A DNA stretch of 64,000 nucleotides from an uncultured Alphaproteobacteria bacterium (GCA_942492375.1 CALOEL010000018.1:22706-86705), one strand, 5' to 3'. Shown: positions 1-10,221, counted from the stretch's first letter. Numbers and translations: made by a program. The notes: generated from the letters alone by a model not told the origin.

Positions 1-1470
1 CTCGCTGCCGTCGCCGCCAAGCGTGATCTGGTAGTTCTCGACCCCCGCGCGGTCGAGCCCGAGAATGCCGATATGCCCGACATGGTGATGCCCGCAGGCA
101 TTGATGCAGCCGGAGATCTTGATCTTGAGCGGTCCGATTTCATGCTCCAGCTTGAGTTCCTCGAAGCGGGTCGCGATTTCCTGCGCCACCGGGATGCTGC
201 GCGCCGTCGCCAGCGCGCAATAATCCATGCCGGGGCAGGCGATGATGTCCGAGATCAGCCCGATATTGGCGGTCGCGAGGCCCGCGGCTTTCAACTCCGC
301 ATGAACCTCAGGCAAGTCCGATTTGTGGACATGCGGCAGGATCACGTTCTGCTCGTGGCTGATACGTAATTCGTCATGGCCGTAGCGTTCGGCCAGGTCC
401 GCCATCACCCGCATCTGATCGCTGGTAGCGTCGCCCGGCGTTTGCCCGTGCGCCTTCAGCGAGATCGAGACGATGGCGTAGCCGGCATGCAGATGCTCGG
501 CGAGGTTGGTGTCGGACCACGACCGGAAGACCGGGTCGGCCGCGCGGGCGGCCAGATAGGCATCGGCGGGCCTGCGGACGAAATCCGGGGCGGCGAAGCT
601 TTGCTCCAGCTGCGCCAGCAGGTGCTGGTCATGACCGCTGAATCCGGGCCGGATCGCGGCAAAGCGCTCCTCGACCAGATCGCGGATCTTCTCCAGCCCG
701 TTTTCGTGCACGGTGATCTTGATCCGCGCCTTGTACTTGTTGTCGCGGCGGCCCAGCAGGTTGTAGACGCTGACGATCGCCTCGACGTAAGGCAGCAGGT
801 CGGCCTTGGGCAGGAACTCCCGCACCACCTGTCCGATCATCGGGGTGCGGCCCAGACCGCCGCCGACGATGACCTCGAAGCCCGGCTCGCCGTCGCGCGT
901 CACCATCCGCAGGCCGATATCATGCGCCTTGGTGACGGCGCGGTCGTTCGGGCTGCCCGTGATGGCGATCTTGAACTTGCGCGGCAGGAACTGGAATTCG
1001 GGGTGATCGGTCGACCATTGCCGCAGGAGTTCCGCGACCGGACGGGGGTCCTCGATCTCATCGGCCGCGGCACCGGCGAAATGGTCCGCCGTCACGTTGC
1101 GGATCGTGTTACCCGAGGTCTGGATCGCGTGCATCCCGACATCGGCCAAAGCCTCCAGCATGTCCGGCACGTCCTTCAGCGCGGGCCAGTTGTACTGGAT
1201 GTTCTGCCGCGTGGTGAAATGGCCATAGCCCTTGTCCCAGCGATCCGCGATCATCGCCAGCTGCCGCATCTTGGTGCTGTTCAGCGTGCCGTAGGGGATC
1301 GCCACCCGCAGCATGTAGGCATGCAGTTGCAGGTAGAGCCCGTTCATCAGCCGCAGCGGCCGGAACTCGTCCTCGGTCAGGGATCCGTCGATGCGGCGTT
1401 CCACTTGCGCGCGGAACTGCGCCACGCGTTCGCGGACGAACTGGTCGTCGAAGTCGGTGTAATCATACAT
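1..1470 (-). CDS. cysI: Sulfite/nitrite reductase hemoprotein (siroheme/4Fe-4S), C-terminus outside window
   Basis: My own minus-strand translation from ATG at 1470 is open to position 1: MYDYTDFDDQFVRERVAQFRAQVERRIDGSLTEDEFRPLRLMNGLYLQLHAYMLRVAIPYG...ISGCINACGHHHVGHIGILG. This is a typical NiR/SiR signature. It is absent from the ORF track because it has no stop in the window. Overlaps the DUF2849 stop by 8 nt. Confidence 0.85.
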   Translation of the reverse strand, partial: MYDYTDFDDQFVRERVAQFRAQVERRIDGSLTEDEFRPLRLMNGLYLQLHAYMLRVAIPYGTLNSTKMRQLAMIADRWDKGYGHFTTRQNIQYNWPALKDVPDMLEALADVGMHAIQTSGNTIRNVTADHFAGAAADEIEDPRPVAELLRQWSTDHPEFQFLPRKFKIAITGSPNDRAVTKAHDIGLRMVTRDGEPGFEVIVGGGLGRTPMIGQVVREFLPKADLLPYVEAIVSVYNLLGRRDNKYKARIKITVHENGLEKIRDLVEERFAAIRPGFSGHDQHLLAQLEQSFAAPDFVRRPADAYLAARAADPVFRSWSDTNLAEHLHAGYAIVSISLKAHGQTPGDATSDQMRVMADLAERYGHDELRISHEQNVILPHVHKSDLPEVHAELKAAGLATANIGLISDIIACPGMDYCALATARSIPVAQEIATRFEELKLEHEIGPLKIKISGCINACGHHHVGHIGILGLDRAGVENYQITLGGDGSE

Positions 1471-1768
1471 GCTTGCGGTATTCCTGCTTGCCATGCGCGT
1501 AGTTCGACGGGCCTCGCGCCCGGAACGCCTCGCGGAAATGGGTCGTCTTGGGGCCAGCGCTGCCGGCAACGGCATCCGCCAGATATGCGCCGACCACGTC
1601 CCTCTGCCGCTCGGCCTCGAGCAGGCGCAGCTGGGCATGGGCCTCGTCTTCGATCAGTTCCGCCTCGGCGAGGTCCCGCGACCAACGGTCATCGGCGGTC
1701 AGGTAGATGACATCGCCTTCAAGAAGGGCGTTTGCGGTGACGATCTTGGGTGTGAAAGCACGGCTCAT
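1463..1768 (-). CDS. DUF2849 domain protein, commonly found between cysG and the sulfite reductase gene
   Basis: 101-aa ORF MSRAFTPKIVTANALLEGDVIYL.... ATGA overlap with the cysG stop, position within the sulfite reductase cluster. Confidence 0.75.
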   Translation of the reverse strand: MSRAFTPKIVTANALLEGDVIYLTADDRWSRDLAEAELIEDEAHAQLRLLEAERQRDVVGAYLADAVAGSAGPKTTHFREAFRARGPSNYAHGKQEYRKHV

Positions 1769-3159
1769 GATGCGATCTCCTTGGTTCTGGAAGTTTCCGC
1801 CGGCATCATCGCATCTCTTGGCGACAATCCGATGAAGGTCAGTGCGGGGCCGGCGATATGGGCCATCGCCCGCGCCATCTCGGCCAGAGTCGTGGCGTGA
1901 ATCCGCTGGCCGGGCTGGCTTGCGCTTTCAACCGCGGTGACGGGCGTGTCGGGGGCCGCGCCATGCATCATCAGCCGGCCCTGGATGAACCGCGCCGATT
2001 TCTTTCCCATGTAGATCGCGGCGACCTCGCCCGGCTGCGCCAGTGCCCGCCAATCCTGCTCAGCGAAGCCGTTCATGTCATGGCCGGTCAATATCCGCAC
2101 CGCGCCGTTCCGTCCGCGACGGGTCAGGCTTTGGCCGATCGCGGCGACAGAGGCGGAGGCCGCGGTGATGCCCGGGATGATCCGCCAGTCGAGCCCCGCG
2201 GCCTGAACGGCTTCAATCTCTTCGTCCAGCCTGCCGAACACCGTCGGATCGCCGGATTTCAGCCGCACGACATGCGCGCCGGTCAGGCCGTGCCGGACGA
2301 TCAGGGCGTTGATGTCGTCCTGCGAAGTCGAGGGGCCGAACCCGGTCTTGCCGACATCGACCAGCAGCGCCTCGCGCCGGGCCAGTTCCAGCACGTCCGG
2401 CGTCACCAGCCGGTCATGGATCACCACGTCCGCCCGGTCGAGCGCCTTGCGCGCCTTCAGCGTCAGGAGTTCCGGATCGCCCGGACCGGCGCCGACGAAA
2501 TCGACATGGCCCCGCGTCGTGTCCGTCCCCAGATGCCGGTTCAGCAGCACATCGAGCGCCGCCTCTGCGCCGTCCGCGCCGTCGGCATCAAAGGCCCGCG
2601 GACCTTCGTCGAAATAGTAGTCCGCCCAGAAATCCCGCCGCTTGCGGCCCATCGGCAGTTTCTCGGCGACCGGGCGGAACGCCTTGCCGATCCGAGCCAG
2701 CAGCCCCAGTGACGGTGCGAGACGCTCTTCCAGATCCGCCTTGATCGCCCGTGCCAGCACCGGTGCCGCGCCTTCGGTGCCGATCGCCACCGTTACCGGA
2801 TCGCGGTCGACGATGGCGGGGGTGATGAAGGCGCTGTCTTCCAGATTGTCGACGATGTTGACCAATGCGCCTTCCACGGCGGCAATGGCGGCGGTCCGTG
2901 CATCTTCGGCGTGATCCTCGTCGGCGGCATAGAACAGCGTGGCGCCGGCGACGTCGCCGGCCTGAAGGGCGCGGCGGATCAACTCGATCCGGCCCGCCTC
3001 GGCCCAGGCGGCAATCTCTGGCGCGGGCCGGACAGCGAACACCGTGATCCGCGCTTCGGTCTTGAGCAGCAGGCGCAGTTTCGCCAGCGCGGCCTCGTTG
3101 CCGCCCGACAACACGATCCGGGCGTTCCGGACGTTCAGGAAGATGGGAAAATGCTGCAT
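1765..3159 (-). CDS. cysG: Siroheme synthase (uroporphyrinogen-III C-methyltransferase / precorrin-2 dehydrogenase / ferrochelatase)
   Basis: Internal ATG at 3159 gives MQHFPIFLNVRNARIVLSGGNEAALAKLRLL... (Rossmann N-domain), followed by the SUMT domain VDFVGAGPGDPELLTLKA...VVRLKSGDP. The 145-aa extension in the track (to 3594) is rejected. Confidence 0.9.
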   Translation of the reverse strand: MQHFPIFLNVRNARIVLSGGNEAALAKLRLLLKTEARITVFAVRPAPEIAAWAEAGRIELIRRALQAGDVAGATLFYAADEDHAEDARTAAIAAVEGALVNIVDNLEDSAFITPAIVDRDPVTVAIGTEGAAPVLARAIKADLEERLAPSLGLLARIGKAFRPVAEKLPMGRKRRDFWADYYFDEGPRAFDADGADGAEAALDVLLNRHLGTDTTRGHVDFVGAGPGDPELLTLKARKALDRADVVIHDRLVTPDVLELARREALLVDVGKTGFGPSTSQDDINALIVRHGLTGAHVVRLKSGDPTVFGRLDEEIEAVQAAGLDWRIIPGITAASASVAAIGQSLTRRGRNGAVRILTGHDMNGFAEQDWRALAQPGEVAAIYMGKKSARFIQGRLMMHGAAPDTPVTAVESASQPGQRIHATTLAEMARAMAHIAGPALTFIGLSPRDAMMPAETSRTKEIAS

Positions 3160-3294
3160 TGCGGCCTCTGGATTTCTGACCTTGAATATAGAACAATGTT
3201 CCTGATATTTGCGAGTGGGTGGCGCGAATAAGGAACGTTGTTCCGCTTCGCCCGATGTGAGATGAAAATGTTCCAACCAGCCGGAGGAAGCGGA

Positions 3295-3756
3295 ATGTCT
3301 GCCCAACTCGACGCCATCGACCGGAAAATCCTTGCCGAGCTGCAGCGGGACGCCAGCCAGTCGCTGGATGAAATCGCCCGAAATATCGGCTCGTCGAAGA
3401 CGCCGGTCTGGAACCGGATCCGCAAGCTGCGCGACCAGGGCGTGATCCGACAGCAGACCGTCCTGCTTGACCCGGACGCGCTGGGGCTGGAGGCCTGTTT
3501 CTTCGTCCTGATCCGGACGTCCGAGCATGAATCGGAGTGGCAGCAGGCCTTTCTGCGGGCCCTTCGCGACCGCCCCGAGGTGCTGGAAGCGCACCGGCTT
3601 GCCGGAGAGATCGACTATATCCTGAAGGTCCGCGTCGCCAATGCCCGCGCCTATGATATCTTCTACCAGGCGCTGATCTCGGAGGTGCGGATCTACAACG
3701 TCACGGCGCTGCTTTCGATGGAAGAGATCAAGTCGACGACGGTGCTGCCGGTCTGA
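3295..3756 (+). CDS. Lrp/AsnC family transcriptional regulator
   Basis: MSAQLDAIDRKILAELQRDASQSLDEIARNIGSSKTPVWNRIRKL... (HTH_AsnC plus RAM domain). GGAGGAAG Shine-Dalgarno sequence upstream of ATG 3295. Confidence 0.9.
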   Translation: MSAQLDAIDRKILAELQRDASQSLDEIARNIGSSKTPVWNRIRKLRDQGVIRQQTVLLDPDALGLEACFFVLIRTSEHESEWQQAFLRALRDRPEVLEAHRLAGEIDYILKVRVANARAYDIFYQALISEVRIYNVTALLSMEEIKSTTVLPV

Positions 3757-3759
3757 CTT

Positions 3760-5055
3760 TCACCGTTGCAGGTGCAAAGCCTGCAACCCGTGGAAATGGT
3801 AAAGGTTCGCATAGCGCGGTGTGTCCGCAATCCGAAGGCCGGGACAGCGCGCGAACAGGATCGGAAGGGATTGCTGCAGTTCCAGCCGGGCGAGGGGCGC
3901 GCCGATGCAGAAATGCACACCGGCGCCGAAGCTGACATTGGTCTGGACGGGCCGCCCCGGATCGAACCGGGCGGGTTCGTCCCAGCGCGACGGGTCGCGA
4001 TTTGCCGCGCCGAGAAGGCAGGCGATCTGACCGCCCTGCGGAATCGTATGCCGCCCGATCTCGATATCCTCGTAGGCCCAACGCTTGAACATGTGCAGCG
4101 GCGGGTCCTGGCGCAGGATCTCCTCGACCGTCGCCTCGACCCGGTCGGGCGCAAGCGCGGCGGCGGCCTGGTTCGATTCAAGCAGCGACTTCACGCCGTT
4201 GCCAAGCGTGTGAACGGTCGCCTCGTGGCCCGCATTCAGCAGGAGTATGCAGGTCGAGATGAGTTCTTCGGTGGTCAGGCGGCTGCCATCCTCTTCGGCG
4301 GCGATGAGGTGGGTGATCAGGTCGTCGGCCGGCTTGTCGCGCCGAAACGTGATGTAATCCGCAAGGAAGGCGGAGAACGCCGCCGCCGCGTCCGCAGCGG
4401 CGATTTCGTCTTCGGTGCTGCGCCGCGCCTGATACATGCCGACCATCGCGTTCGACCAGGCGAGCAGGTCGTCCGCCCGATCCTCGGGCACGCCCAGCAG
4501 CCGCGCGATGACGATCACCGGCAGTTTCTGGGCGAAGGTCGGCAGCAGATCGAACTCGTCGCCGTCGATGTCGTCGATCAGGCGATGCGACAGCGCCGAA
4601 AGCTCTGGCCCCAAAGCGGCGATTCTGCGGGAGGTGAAGGCGCGCAGCACGAGCCCGCGCAGCCGGGTGTGGCGCGGCGGTTCCAGTTCCAGCATCGAAT
4701 GATCCTCGACCGCCCAGAATTCCGCCTGATGAGCCGGCCTTGGCCGCTGCTGGCCGGCGGGAATTTCCCGTCCGAACCGGCGGTCCCGCAGGATCGCCCA
4801 GACGGCGGCGTAAGAGAGCGCACAGGGCAGGTCGTATTCGGACCAGTGGAAGATGGCGCCTGCCTTGCTGCGGGCGCGATCGTAGAACGTGTAGGGATCC
4901 TGCACGAAGCTGTCTGCGGTCGGATCCTGACTGATTTCCTGCAACGAACTTTCCTTTCCCCGACGGTCCGAACCCGGATCAACCGCGTCCGCGCCAGCCC
5001 TGTTTATGGCACGGGATTCTATGTTTTTCTTGCAGCAAGCCGCGCTTCGGTCCAT
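3760..5055 (-). CDS. Cytochrome P450
   Basis: Heme-binding loop FGAGVHFCIGAPLARLE and I-helix LLLNAGHEAT. Start is uncertain: ATG at 5055, or TTG at 4944 preceded by GGAAAGGAAAG. Confidence 0.85.
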   Translation of the reverse strand: MDRSAACCKKNIESRAINRAGADAVDPGSDRRGKESSLQEISQDPTADSFVQDPYTFYDRARSKAGAIFHWSEYDLPCALSYAAVWAILRDRRFGREIPAGQQRPRPAHQAEFWAVEDHSMLELEPPRHTRLRGLVLRAFTSRRIAALGPELSALSHRLIDDIDGDEFDLLPTFAQKLPVIVIARLLGVPEDRADDLLAWSNAMVGMYQARRSTEDEIAAADAAAAFSAFLADYITFRRDKPADDLITHLIAAEEDGSRLTTEELISTCILLLNAGHEATVHTLGNGVKSLLESNQAAAALAPDRVEATVEEILRQDPPLHMFKRWAYEDIEIGRHTIPQGGQIACLLGAANRDPSRWDEPARFDPGRPVQTNVSFGAGVHFCIGAPLARLELQQSLPILFARCPGLRIADTPRYANLYHFHGLQALHLQR

Positions 5056-5121
5056 GTATCTTCAGCCCTCTAGGCTATAGAGGCGCCAAAAAACTATGCC
5101 TGTCCATGGGAGGATATCCAG

Positions 5122-6123
5122 ATGAAGTTACTGACAACCGTTGCCACTGCCGCAGCCCTTGTCTTTGCTGCCGGTGCTGCGATCGCGCAGTGCGATGATG
5201 GCGAAATCGTCATCAAGTTCAGCCATGTCACCAATGCCGACAAACACCCGAAGGGCATTGCCGCCAACCTGCTGATGGAGCGTGTCAACGAAGAGATGAA
5301 CGGCAAGGCCTGCATGGAGGTGTTCCCGAACTCGACCCTCTATGACGATGATCAGGTGCTTGAGGCGATGCTGCAGGGCGACGTCCAGCTTGCCGCGCCG
5401 TCGCTGTCGAAATTCGAAACCTTCACCAAGCAGTTCCAGATCTACGATCTGCCCTTCATGTTCGTGAACATCGAGGCGGTGGACGAGTTCCAGAAATCCG
5501 AAGCCGGTCAGGCGATGAAGGAGTCGATGGCGCGCCGGGGCCTGATGGGGCTGGAATTCTGGCATAACGGGCTGAAGCAGTTCTCGGCCAACAAGCCGTT
5601 GATCCTGCCCGAGGATGCGGCCGGGCTGAAGTTCCGTGTGCAGCCGTCGGACGTGCTGGTCGCGCAGATGGAAGCGCTCGACGCCTCGCCGCAGCCGATG
5701 GCCTTCTCCGAAGTCTATGGTGCGCTGCAGACCGGCGTCGTGGACGGACAAGAGAACACCTGGTCGAACATCTACGGCCAGAAATTCTTCGAGGTCCAGG
5801 ACGGCGTCACCGAGACCAATCACGGCGTGCTCGACTATCTCGTGGTGGCCAGCACCGACTGGCTGGACGGGCTCGACCCCGAGGTGCGCGACCAGTTCCT
5901 GACCATCCTGAAGGAAGTCACGGACGAGCGGAACGCGGCGGTCAACCAGGTCGATCTGGAGGCCCGCCAGGCGATCCTCGACGCCGGCGGCACGATCCGC
6001 GAACTGACGCCCGAACAGCGCCAGGCCTGGGTCGATGCGATGAAGCCGGTCTGGGAGCAGTTCGAGGAAGGCGTCGGCGCCGACAACATCGCCGCCGCGC
6101 AGGAGATCAACGCCTCGATGTAA
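5122..6123 (+). CDS. dctP: TRAP transporter substrate-binding protein, DctP family
   Basis: Signal peptide MKLLTTVATAAALVFAAGAAIA, then IVIKFSHV...LAAPSLSKF...MAFSEVYGALQTGVVDGQEN, which resembles C4-dicarboxylate DctP. Confidence 0.9.
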   Translation: MKLLTTVATAAALVFAAGAAIAQCDDGEIVIKFSHVTNADKHPKGIAANLLMERVNEEMNGKACMEVFPNSTLYDDDQVLEAMLQGDVQLAAPSLSKFETFTKQFQIYDLPFMFVNIEAVDEFQKSEAGQAMKESMARRGLMGLEFWHNGLKQFSANKPLILPEDAAGLKFRVQPSDVLVAQMEALDASPQPMAFSEVYGALQTGVVDGQENTWSNIYGQKFFEVQDGVTETNHGVLDYLVVASTDWLDGLDPEVRDQFLTILKEVTDERNAAVNQVDLEARQAILDAGGTIRELTPEQRQAWVDAMKPVWEQFEEGVGADNIAAAQEINASM

Positions 6124-6197
6124 GACTCTGTCGATCACCGCGCGGCCCGGTTCCTGCCGGGCTGCGCGTCTGACATGCTCCGGATCGAGGGGACGCG

Positions 6198-6890
6198 ATG
6201 AGCGCGCATGCAAAATACCGACCGAAATCGGCTTTGGGCCATCTGGTCCACCAGTTCGAGGAGACATCGCTTGCGGTGATCCTGGGCCTGATGACGCTGG
6301 TGACCTTCGTCAACGTCGTCTTGCGCTACGTCTTCAATTCGAGCCTGATTTGGGGGCTGGAGGTCGTGCTGATCCTCTTTGCATGGCTCGTGCTGTTCGG
6401 AATTCCCTACGGCTTCAAGGTCACCTCGCATCTCGGCGTCGATGCGATCACCAACCTGCTGCCGAAACGGGGCCGGCGGATCACCGGCATCATCTCGGCC
6501 GTCCTGTGCCTGGTCTACGCGCTGCTGCTCATGAAAGGCGCCTGGGACTATTGGGCCCCGTTTGCCGGGCTGGAGAAAACCACCGGGCGCTGGTTCCCGA
6601 CCGGGTTCGACGAACGGACCCGCGATCAGGCCTTCTACGTGACTGAGCAGGTGCCGATGCTGGATTGGCTGCGCTTTATGGAAGGCTGGATCAACATGGG
6701 CGAGCGCTACGACAAGTTTCCGCGCGTCATCCCCTATGCCATCATCCCCATCGCGGCGCTGCTGATGATCATCCGCATCTCGCAGGTCTTCATCCGGATC
6801 CTCAGGGGCGATCAGGACAGCCTGATCGTCAGCCACGAGGCCGAAGACGCCGTCGAGCAGCTTGCCGCCACTCCCAACGTGAAGAACTGA
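6198..6890 (+). CDS. dctQ: TRAP transporter small permease, DctQ family
   Basis: 230-aa polytopic membrane ORF lying between dctP and dctM. Confidence 0.8.
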   Translation: MSAHAKYRPKSALGHLVHQFEETSLAVILGLMTLVTFVNVVLRYVFNSSLIWGLEVVLILFAWLVLFGIPYGFKVTSHLGVDAITNLLPKRGRRITGIISAVLCLVYALLLMKGAWDYWAPFAGLEKTTGRWFPTGFDERTRDQAFYVTEQVPMLDWLRFMEGWINMGERYDKFPRVIPYAIIPIAALLMIIRISQVFIRILRGDQDSLIVSHEAEDAVEQLAATPNVKN

Positions 6891-6892
6891 AC

Positions 6893-8284
6893 ATGGAAGT
6901 CGCACTTCTCTTCGTGATGATCGTCGGCCTGCTTTTGATCGGCGTGCCGATCGCGGTGTCGCTTGGGCTGAGTTCGATGCTCTTCCTGCTGATGTTCTCG
7001 GACACGTCGCTCGCCTCGATCGCGCAATCGCTCTACCAGGCGATGGAGGGCCACTACACGCTGCTGGCCATCCCCTTCTTCATTCTCGCCTCAAGCTTCA
7101 TGTCCACCGGCGGCGTCGCGCGGCGGATCATCCGCTTCTCGATCGCCTGCGTCGGGCATATGCGCGGCGGACTGGCGATTTCGGGCGTGTTCGCCTGCAT
7201 GCTGTTCGCGGCGCTTTCGGGGTCTTCGCCCGCCACGGTGGTTGCCATCGGGACGATCGTGATCGCCGCGATGAAAGAGGCGGGCTATACCAAGGAATTC
7301 GCCGCGGGCGTGATCTGCAACGCGGGCACGCTGGGTATCCTGATCCCTCCCTCTATCGTCATGGTCGTCTACGCTTCGGCCACCGATGTCTCGGTCGGTC
7401 GGATGTTCTTGGCCGGCGTCTTTCCGGGTCTGCTGGCCGGTCTCATGCTGATGACGACGATCTACATCATGGCGCGGATCCGCAACATGCCGAAGGGCGA
7501 ATGGCGCGGCTGGGCCGAGATCGGGGCGTCGTTCATGGATGCCTTCTGGGGCCTGATGCTGATCGTCATCATCATGGTCGGGATCTACGGCATTCCCGGC
7601 GTGACCGGGGCGATCTTCACGCCGACAGAGGCCGCCGCCGCGGCATCGGTATACGCCTTCCTGATCGCCGTCTTCGTCTATCGCGACATGGGGCCGCTGG
7701 CCAATCCCGATGGCCGTCCGACACCGCTTATCAAGCGGCCATACGCGCTGGTTACCGCGTTCTTCCATCGCGACACCCGCGACACGCTGCTGGAGGCGGC
7801 GAAGCTGACGATCATGCTGATGTTCATCATCGCGAACGCGCTGATCCTGAAGCATGTGCTGACCGACGAGCAGATCCCGCAGCAGATCGCCGGAGCGATG
7901 CTGTCGGCCGGTTTCGGGCCGATCGTTTTTCTGATCGTGGTCAACGTGATCCTGCTGATCGGCGGCCAGTTCATGGAGCCGTCGGGTCTTATCGTCATCG
8001 TCGCGCCGCTGGTCTTCCCGATCGCGATCGAGCTTGGCATCGACCCGATCCATCTGGGGATCATCATGGTGGTCAACATGGAGATCGGGATGATAACGCC
8101 GCCGGTCGGCCTGAACCTGTTCGTGACCTCGGGCGTCGCGGGCATGTCGATGATGTCGGTGGTCCGGGCGGCGCTGCCGTTTCTTGCCGTGCTCTTCGTG
8201 TTCCTGATCATCGTGACCTACGTGCCGAGCATCTCGACATGGTTGCCGACGACGATGATGGGGCCGGAGATCATCACGAACTGA
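6893..8284 (+). CDS. dctM: TRAP transporter large permease, DctM family
   Basis: Internal ATG at 6893 (MEVALLFVMIVGLLLIGVPIAVSLGLSS...), 3 nt after the dctQ stop. About 463 aa, highly hydrophobic. Confidence 0.9.
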   Translation: MEVALLFVMIVGLLLIGVPIAVSLGLSSMLFLLMFSDTSLASIAQSLYQAMEGHYTLLAIPFFILASSFMSTGGVARRIIRFSIACVGHMRGGLAISGVFACMLFAALSGSSPATVVAIGTIVIAAMKEAGYTKEFAAGVICNAGTLGILIPPSIVMVVYASATDVSVGRMFLAGVFPGLLAGLMLMTTIYIMARIRNMPKGEWRGWAEIGASFMDAFWGLMLIVIIMVGIYGIPGVTGAIFTPTEAAAAASVYAFLIAVFVYRDMGPLANPDGRPTPLIKRPYALVTAFFHRDTRDTLLEAAKLTIMLMFIIANALILKHVLTDEQIPQQIAGAMLSAGFGPIVFLIVVNVILLIGGQFMEPSGLIVIVAPLVFPIAIELGIDPIHLGIIMVVNMEIGMITPPVGLNLFVTSGVAGMSMMSVVRAALPFLAVLFVFLIIVTYVPSISTWLPTTMMGPEIITN

Positions 8285-8304
8285 GCGAAAGCGCCACGCG
8301 CCGG

Positions 8305-9177
8305 TCAGGCGCGGCCTCGCTTCTCGAACCGGGGCAGCATCGCCGAGAAATCGCGGCCCTTGCCGTCCTCGCCTTCGACGAACTGTTCGTAAAGCGCGGT
8401 TGCGGCCTTGCCCATTGGCGTATCGGCATTGACCGCTTCGGCGGCCTGCTGGGACAGGCGGAGGTCCTTCAGCATGAGATCGGCCGCGAAACCGGGCTTG
8501 TAGCCGTTGTCGGCGGGCGATTTCGGCCCGATGCCGGGGGCGGGGCAGTAGGTGTTCATCGACCAGCTTTGGCCCGAAGAGGTCGATACGACGTCGAACA
8601 TCGCCTGCCGATCCAGTCCCAGCTTGTCGGCCAGCGCGAAGGCTTCGCAGGTGACGATCATCGTCGCACCGAGGATCATGTTGTTGCAGATCTTCGCCGC
8701 CTGACCGTTGCCCGACGGCCCGCAATGCACCGCCTTCTGGCCCATGATGTCGAACAGCGGCTTGGCTTTCGCGAAGGCCGCTTCGGACCCGCCGGCCATG
8801 AAGGTCAGCGTGCCCGCCGAGGCACCACCTATGCCGCCGGACACCGGCGCATCGACGGCCAGCAGACCGGCCTTTGCGGCGTCGTCGGCGACGGCGCGCG
8901 CGCTTTCCACGTCGACCGTCGAACAGTCGAGCAGCAGTGCGCCTTTTTCCATCGCGGGGATGAGTTCGGCGGCCACCGAGCGCAGGATCGCGCCATTGGG
9001 CAGCATGGTGATCACCACCTCGCGGGCGCGGGCCGCATCGGCGGCCGAGGCGGCCTGCGCGACGCCGTCAGGGCAGGCCGCCACCGGATCGTAGCCGGTC
9101 ACCTCGTGCCCTGCCGCCACAAGGTTCGCCGCCATCGGCGCTCCCATATTGCCCAACCCGATAAACCCGATCCGCAT
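8305..9177 (-). CDS. mmsB: 3-hydroxyisobutyrate dehydrogenase
   Basis: MRIGFIGLGNMGAPMAANL NAD-binding N-terminus, 290 aa, valine-catabolism gene context. Confidence 0.9.
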   Translation of the reverse strand: MRIGFIGLGNMGAPMAANLVAAGHEVTGYDPVAACPDGVAQAASAADAARAREVVITMLPNGAILRSVAAELIPAMEKGALLLDCSTVDVESARAVADDAAKAGLLAVDAPVSGGIGGASAGTLTFMAGGSEAAFAKAKPLFDIMGQKAVHCGPSGNGQAAKICNNMILGATMIVTCEAFALADKLGLDRQAMFDVVSTSSGQSWSMNTYCPAPGIGPKSPADNGYKPGFAADLMLKDLRLSQQAAEAVNADTPMGKAATALYEQFVEGEDGKGRDFSAMLPRFEKRGRA

Positions 9178-9186
9178 GGCGCACTC

Positions 9187-10221
9187 CTACAGTTTCAGTT
9201 CGTTTTCTCCGAGCGGTCCGAGCATGGTCTCGACCTCCGCGTCGGTGACGTCCCCAAGCCCGCCATGGCGCCATACCGGCCTGCGGTCCTTGTCGATGAT
9301 CGCCGCGCGGATGCCTTCGATGAAATCACCATGTTCGGCGGCGCGCCAGACAAAACGGAATTCCTGCGCCAATGCGGGTTCGATCGAGGATGCGCCGCGG
9401 ACGCGATGGATGACCTCGACGGCGCAGGCGACAGATAGCGGGCTTTGCCGCGACAACTGGTCGATCGCGTCCTGTGCGAAGCCGCTGCCAGCGGCGCGCA
9501 GCGCGGTCAGGATATCGATCGCCGTCCCGCCCGCGAAATGCCGCTCGATCAGGTCGATGGAGCCTTCGAGAGATGCTTCGGGCGTCGTCCTGGCGGCCTG
9601 TTCAAGCGTCGCGGTGTCGCCGGTCCGTTCCAGCGTCCGGATCAGCTCAGGCCAGTCGGCCTCCGGGATGTAGTGATCGGCAAATCCGGCAAGAATCGCA
9701 TCGCCGGGCCCCATGCGGGTGCCGGTCGTTCCGAGATATTCTCCCAAATGGCCGGGCGCGCGCGACAGCAAGAGCGAACCGCCGACATCGGGGATCAGTC
9801 CGATGCTGCATTCCGGCATGGCGATCCGGCTGGAAGCTCCGACGACGCGATGCGATCCAAGGCAGGATACGCCCACCCCGCCACCCATCGTGAACCCCTG
9901 CATGAACGCGATATAGGGCTTCGGATAATTGAAGATGGCAGCATTCAGGCGGTATTCATCGGCCCAGAACTTGCGTCCATAGCCGTAATTCCCGGCCTTG
10001 GCCGTCGCGTACATCTCGGCGATGTCGCCGCCCGCGCAAAAGGCCTTCTCGCCCTTGGCATCGATGATGACCAGCCTGACGTCATCGTCCTCCGCCCAGT
10101 CGTTCAGCGCGGCCTCTGTCTTCAGGCACATGTCGTAGGTCAGCGCATTCAGCGCTTCGGGGCGGTTGAGCGTAATCCGCCCGCTCTGGCCCGCTTTCCG
10201 GATTTGGATCTCGTCGCTCAT
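9187..10221 (-). CDS. Enoyl-CoA hydratase/isomerase family protein, 3-hydroxyisobutyryl-CoA hydrolase type
   Basis: Internal ATG at 10221 (MSDEIQIRKAGQSGRITLNRPEALNAL...FCAGGDI...). ATGA overlap with the upstream acyl-CoA dehydrogenase stop. About 344 aa, typical of HIBCH. Confidence 0.85.
   Translation of the reverse strand: MSDEIQIRKAGQSGRITLNRPEALNALTYDMCLKTEAALNDWAEDDDVRLVIIDAKGEKAFCAGGDIAEMYATAKAGNYGYGRKFWADEYRLNAAIFNYPKPYIAFMQGFTMGGGVGVSCLGSHRVVGASSRIAMPECSIGLIPDVGGSLLLSRAPGHLGEYLGTTGTRMGPGDAILAGFADHYIPEADWPELIRTLERTGDTATLEQAARTTPEASLEGSIDLIERHFAGGTAIDILTALRAAGSGFAQDAIDQLSRQSPLSVACAVEVIHRVRGASSIEPALAQEFRFVWRAAEHGDFIEGIRAAIIDKDRRPVWRHGGLGDVTDAEVETMLGPLGENELKL

Noticed and set aside
1765-3594. 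609-aa version of the cysG ORF
   Set aside because: The first 145 residues cross the divergent lrp promoter and the lrp 5' end, and do not resemble CysG. The ATG at 3159 gives the canonical N-terminus.
7091-9438. 544-aa minus-strand and 645-aa plus-strand ORFs across dctM and mmsB
   Set aside because: They are antisense or out of frame relative to the strongly supported dctM and mmsB genes. Composition is Arg/Asp/His-rich.
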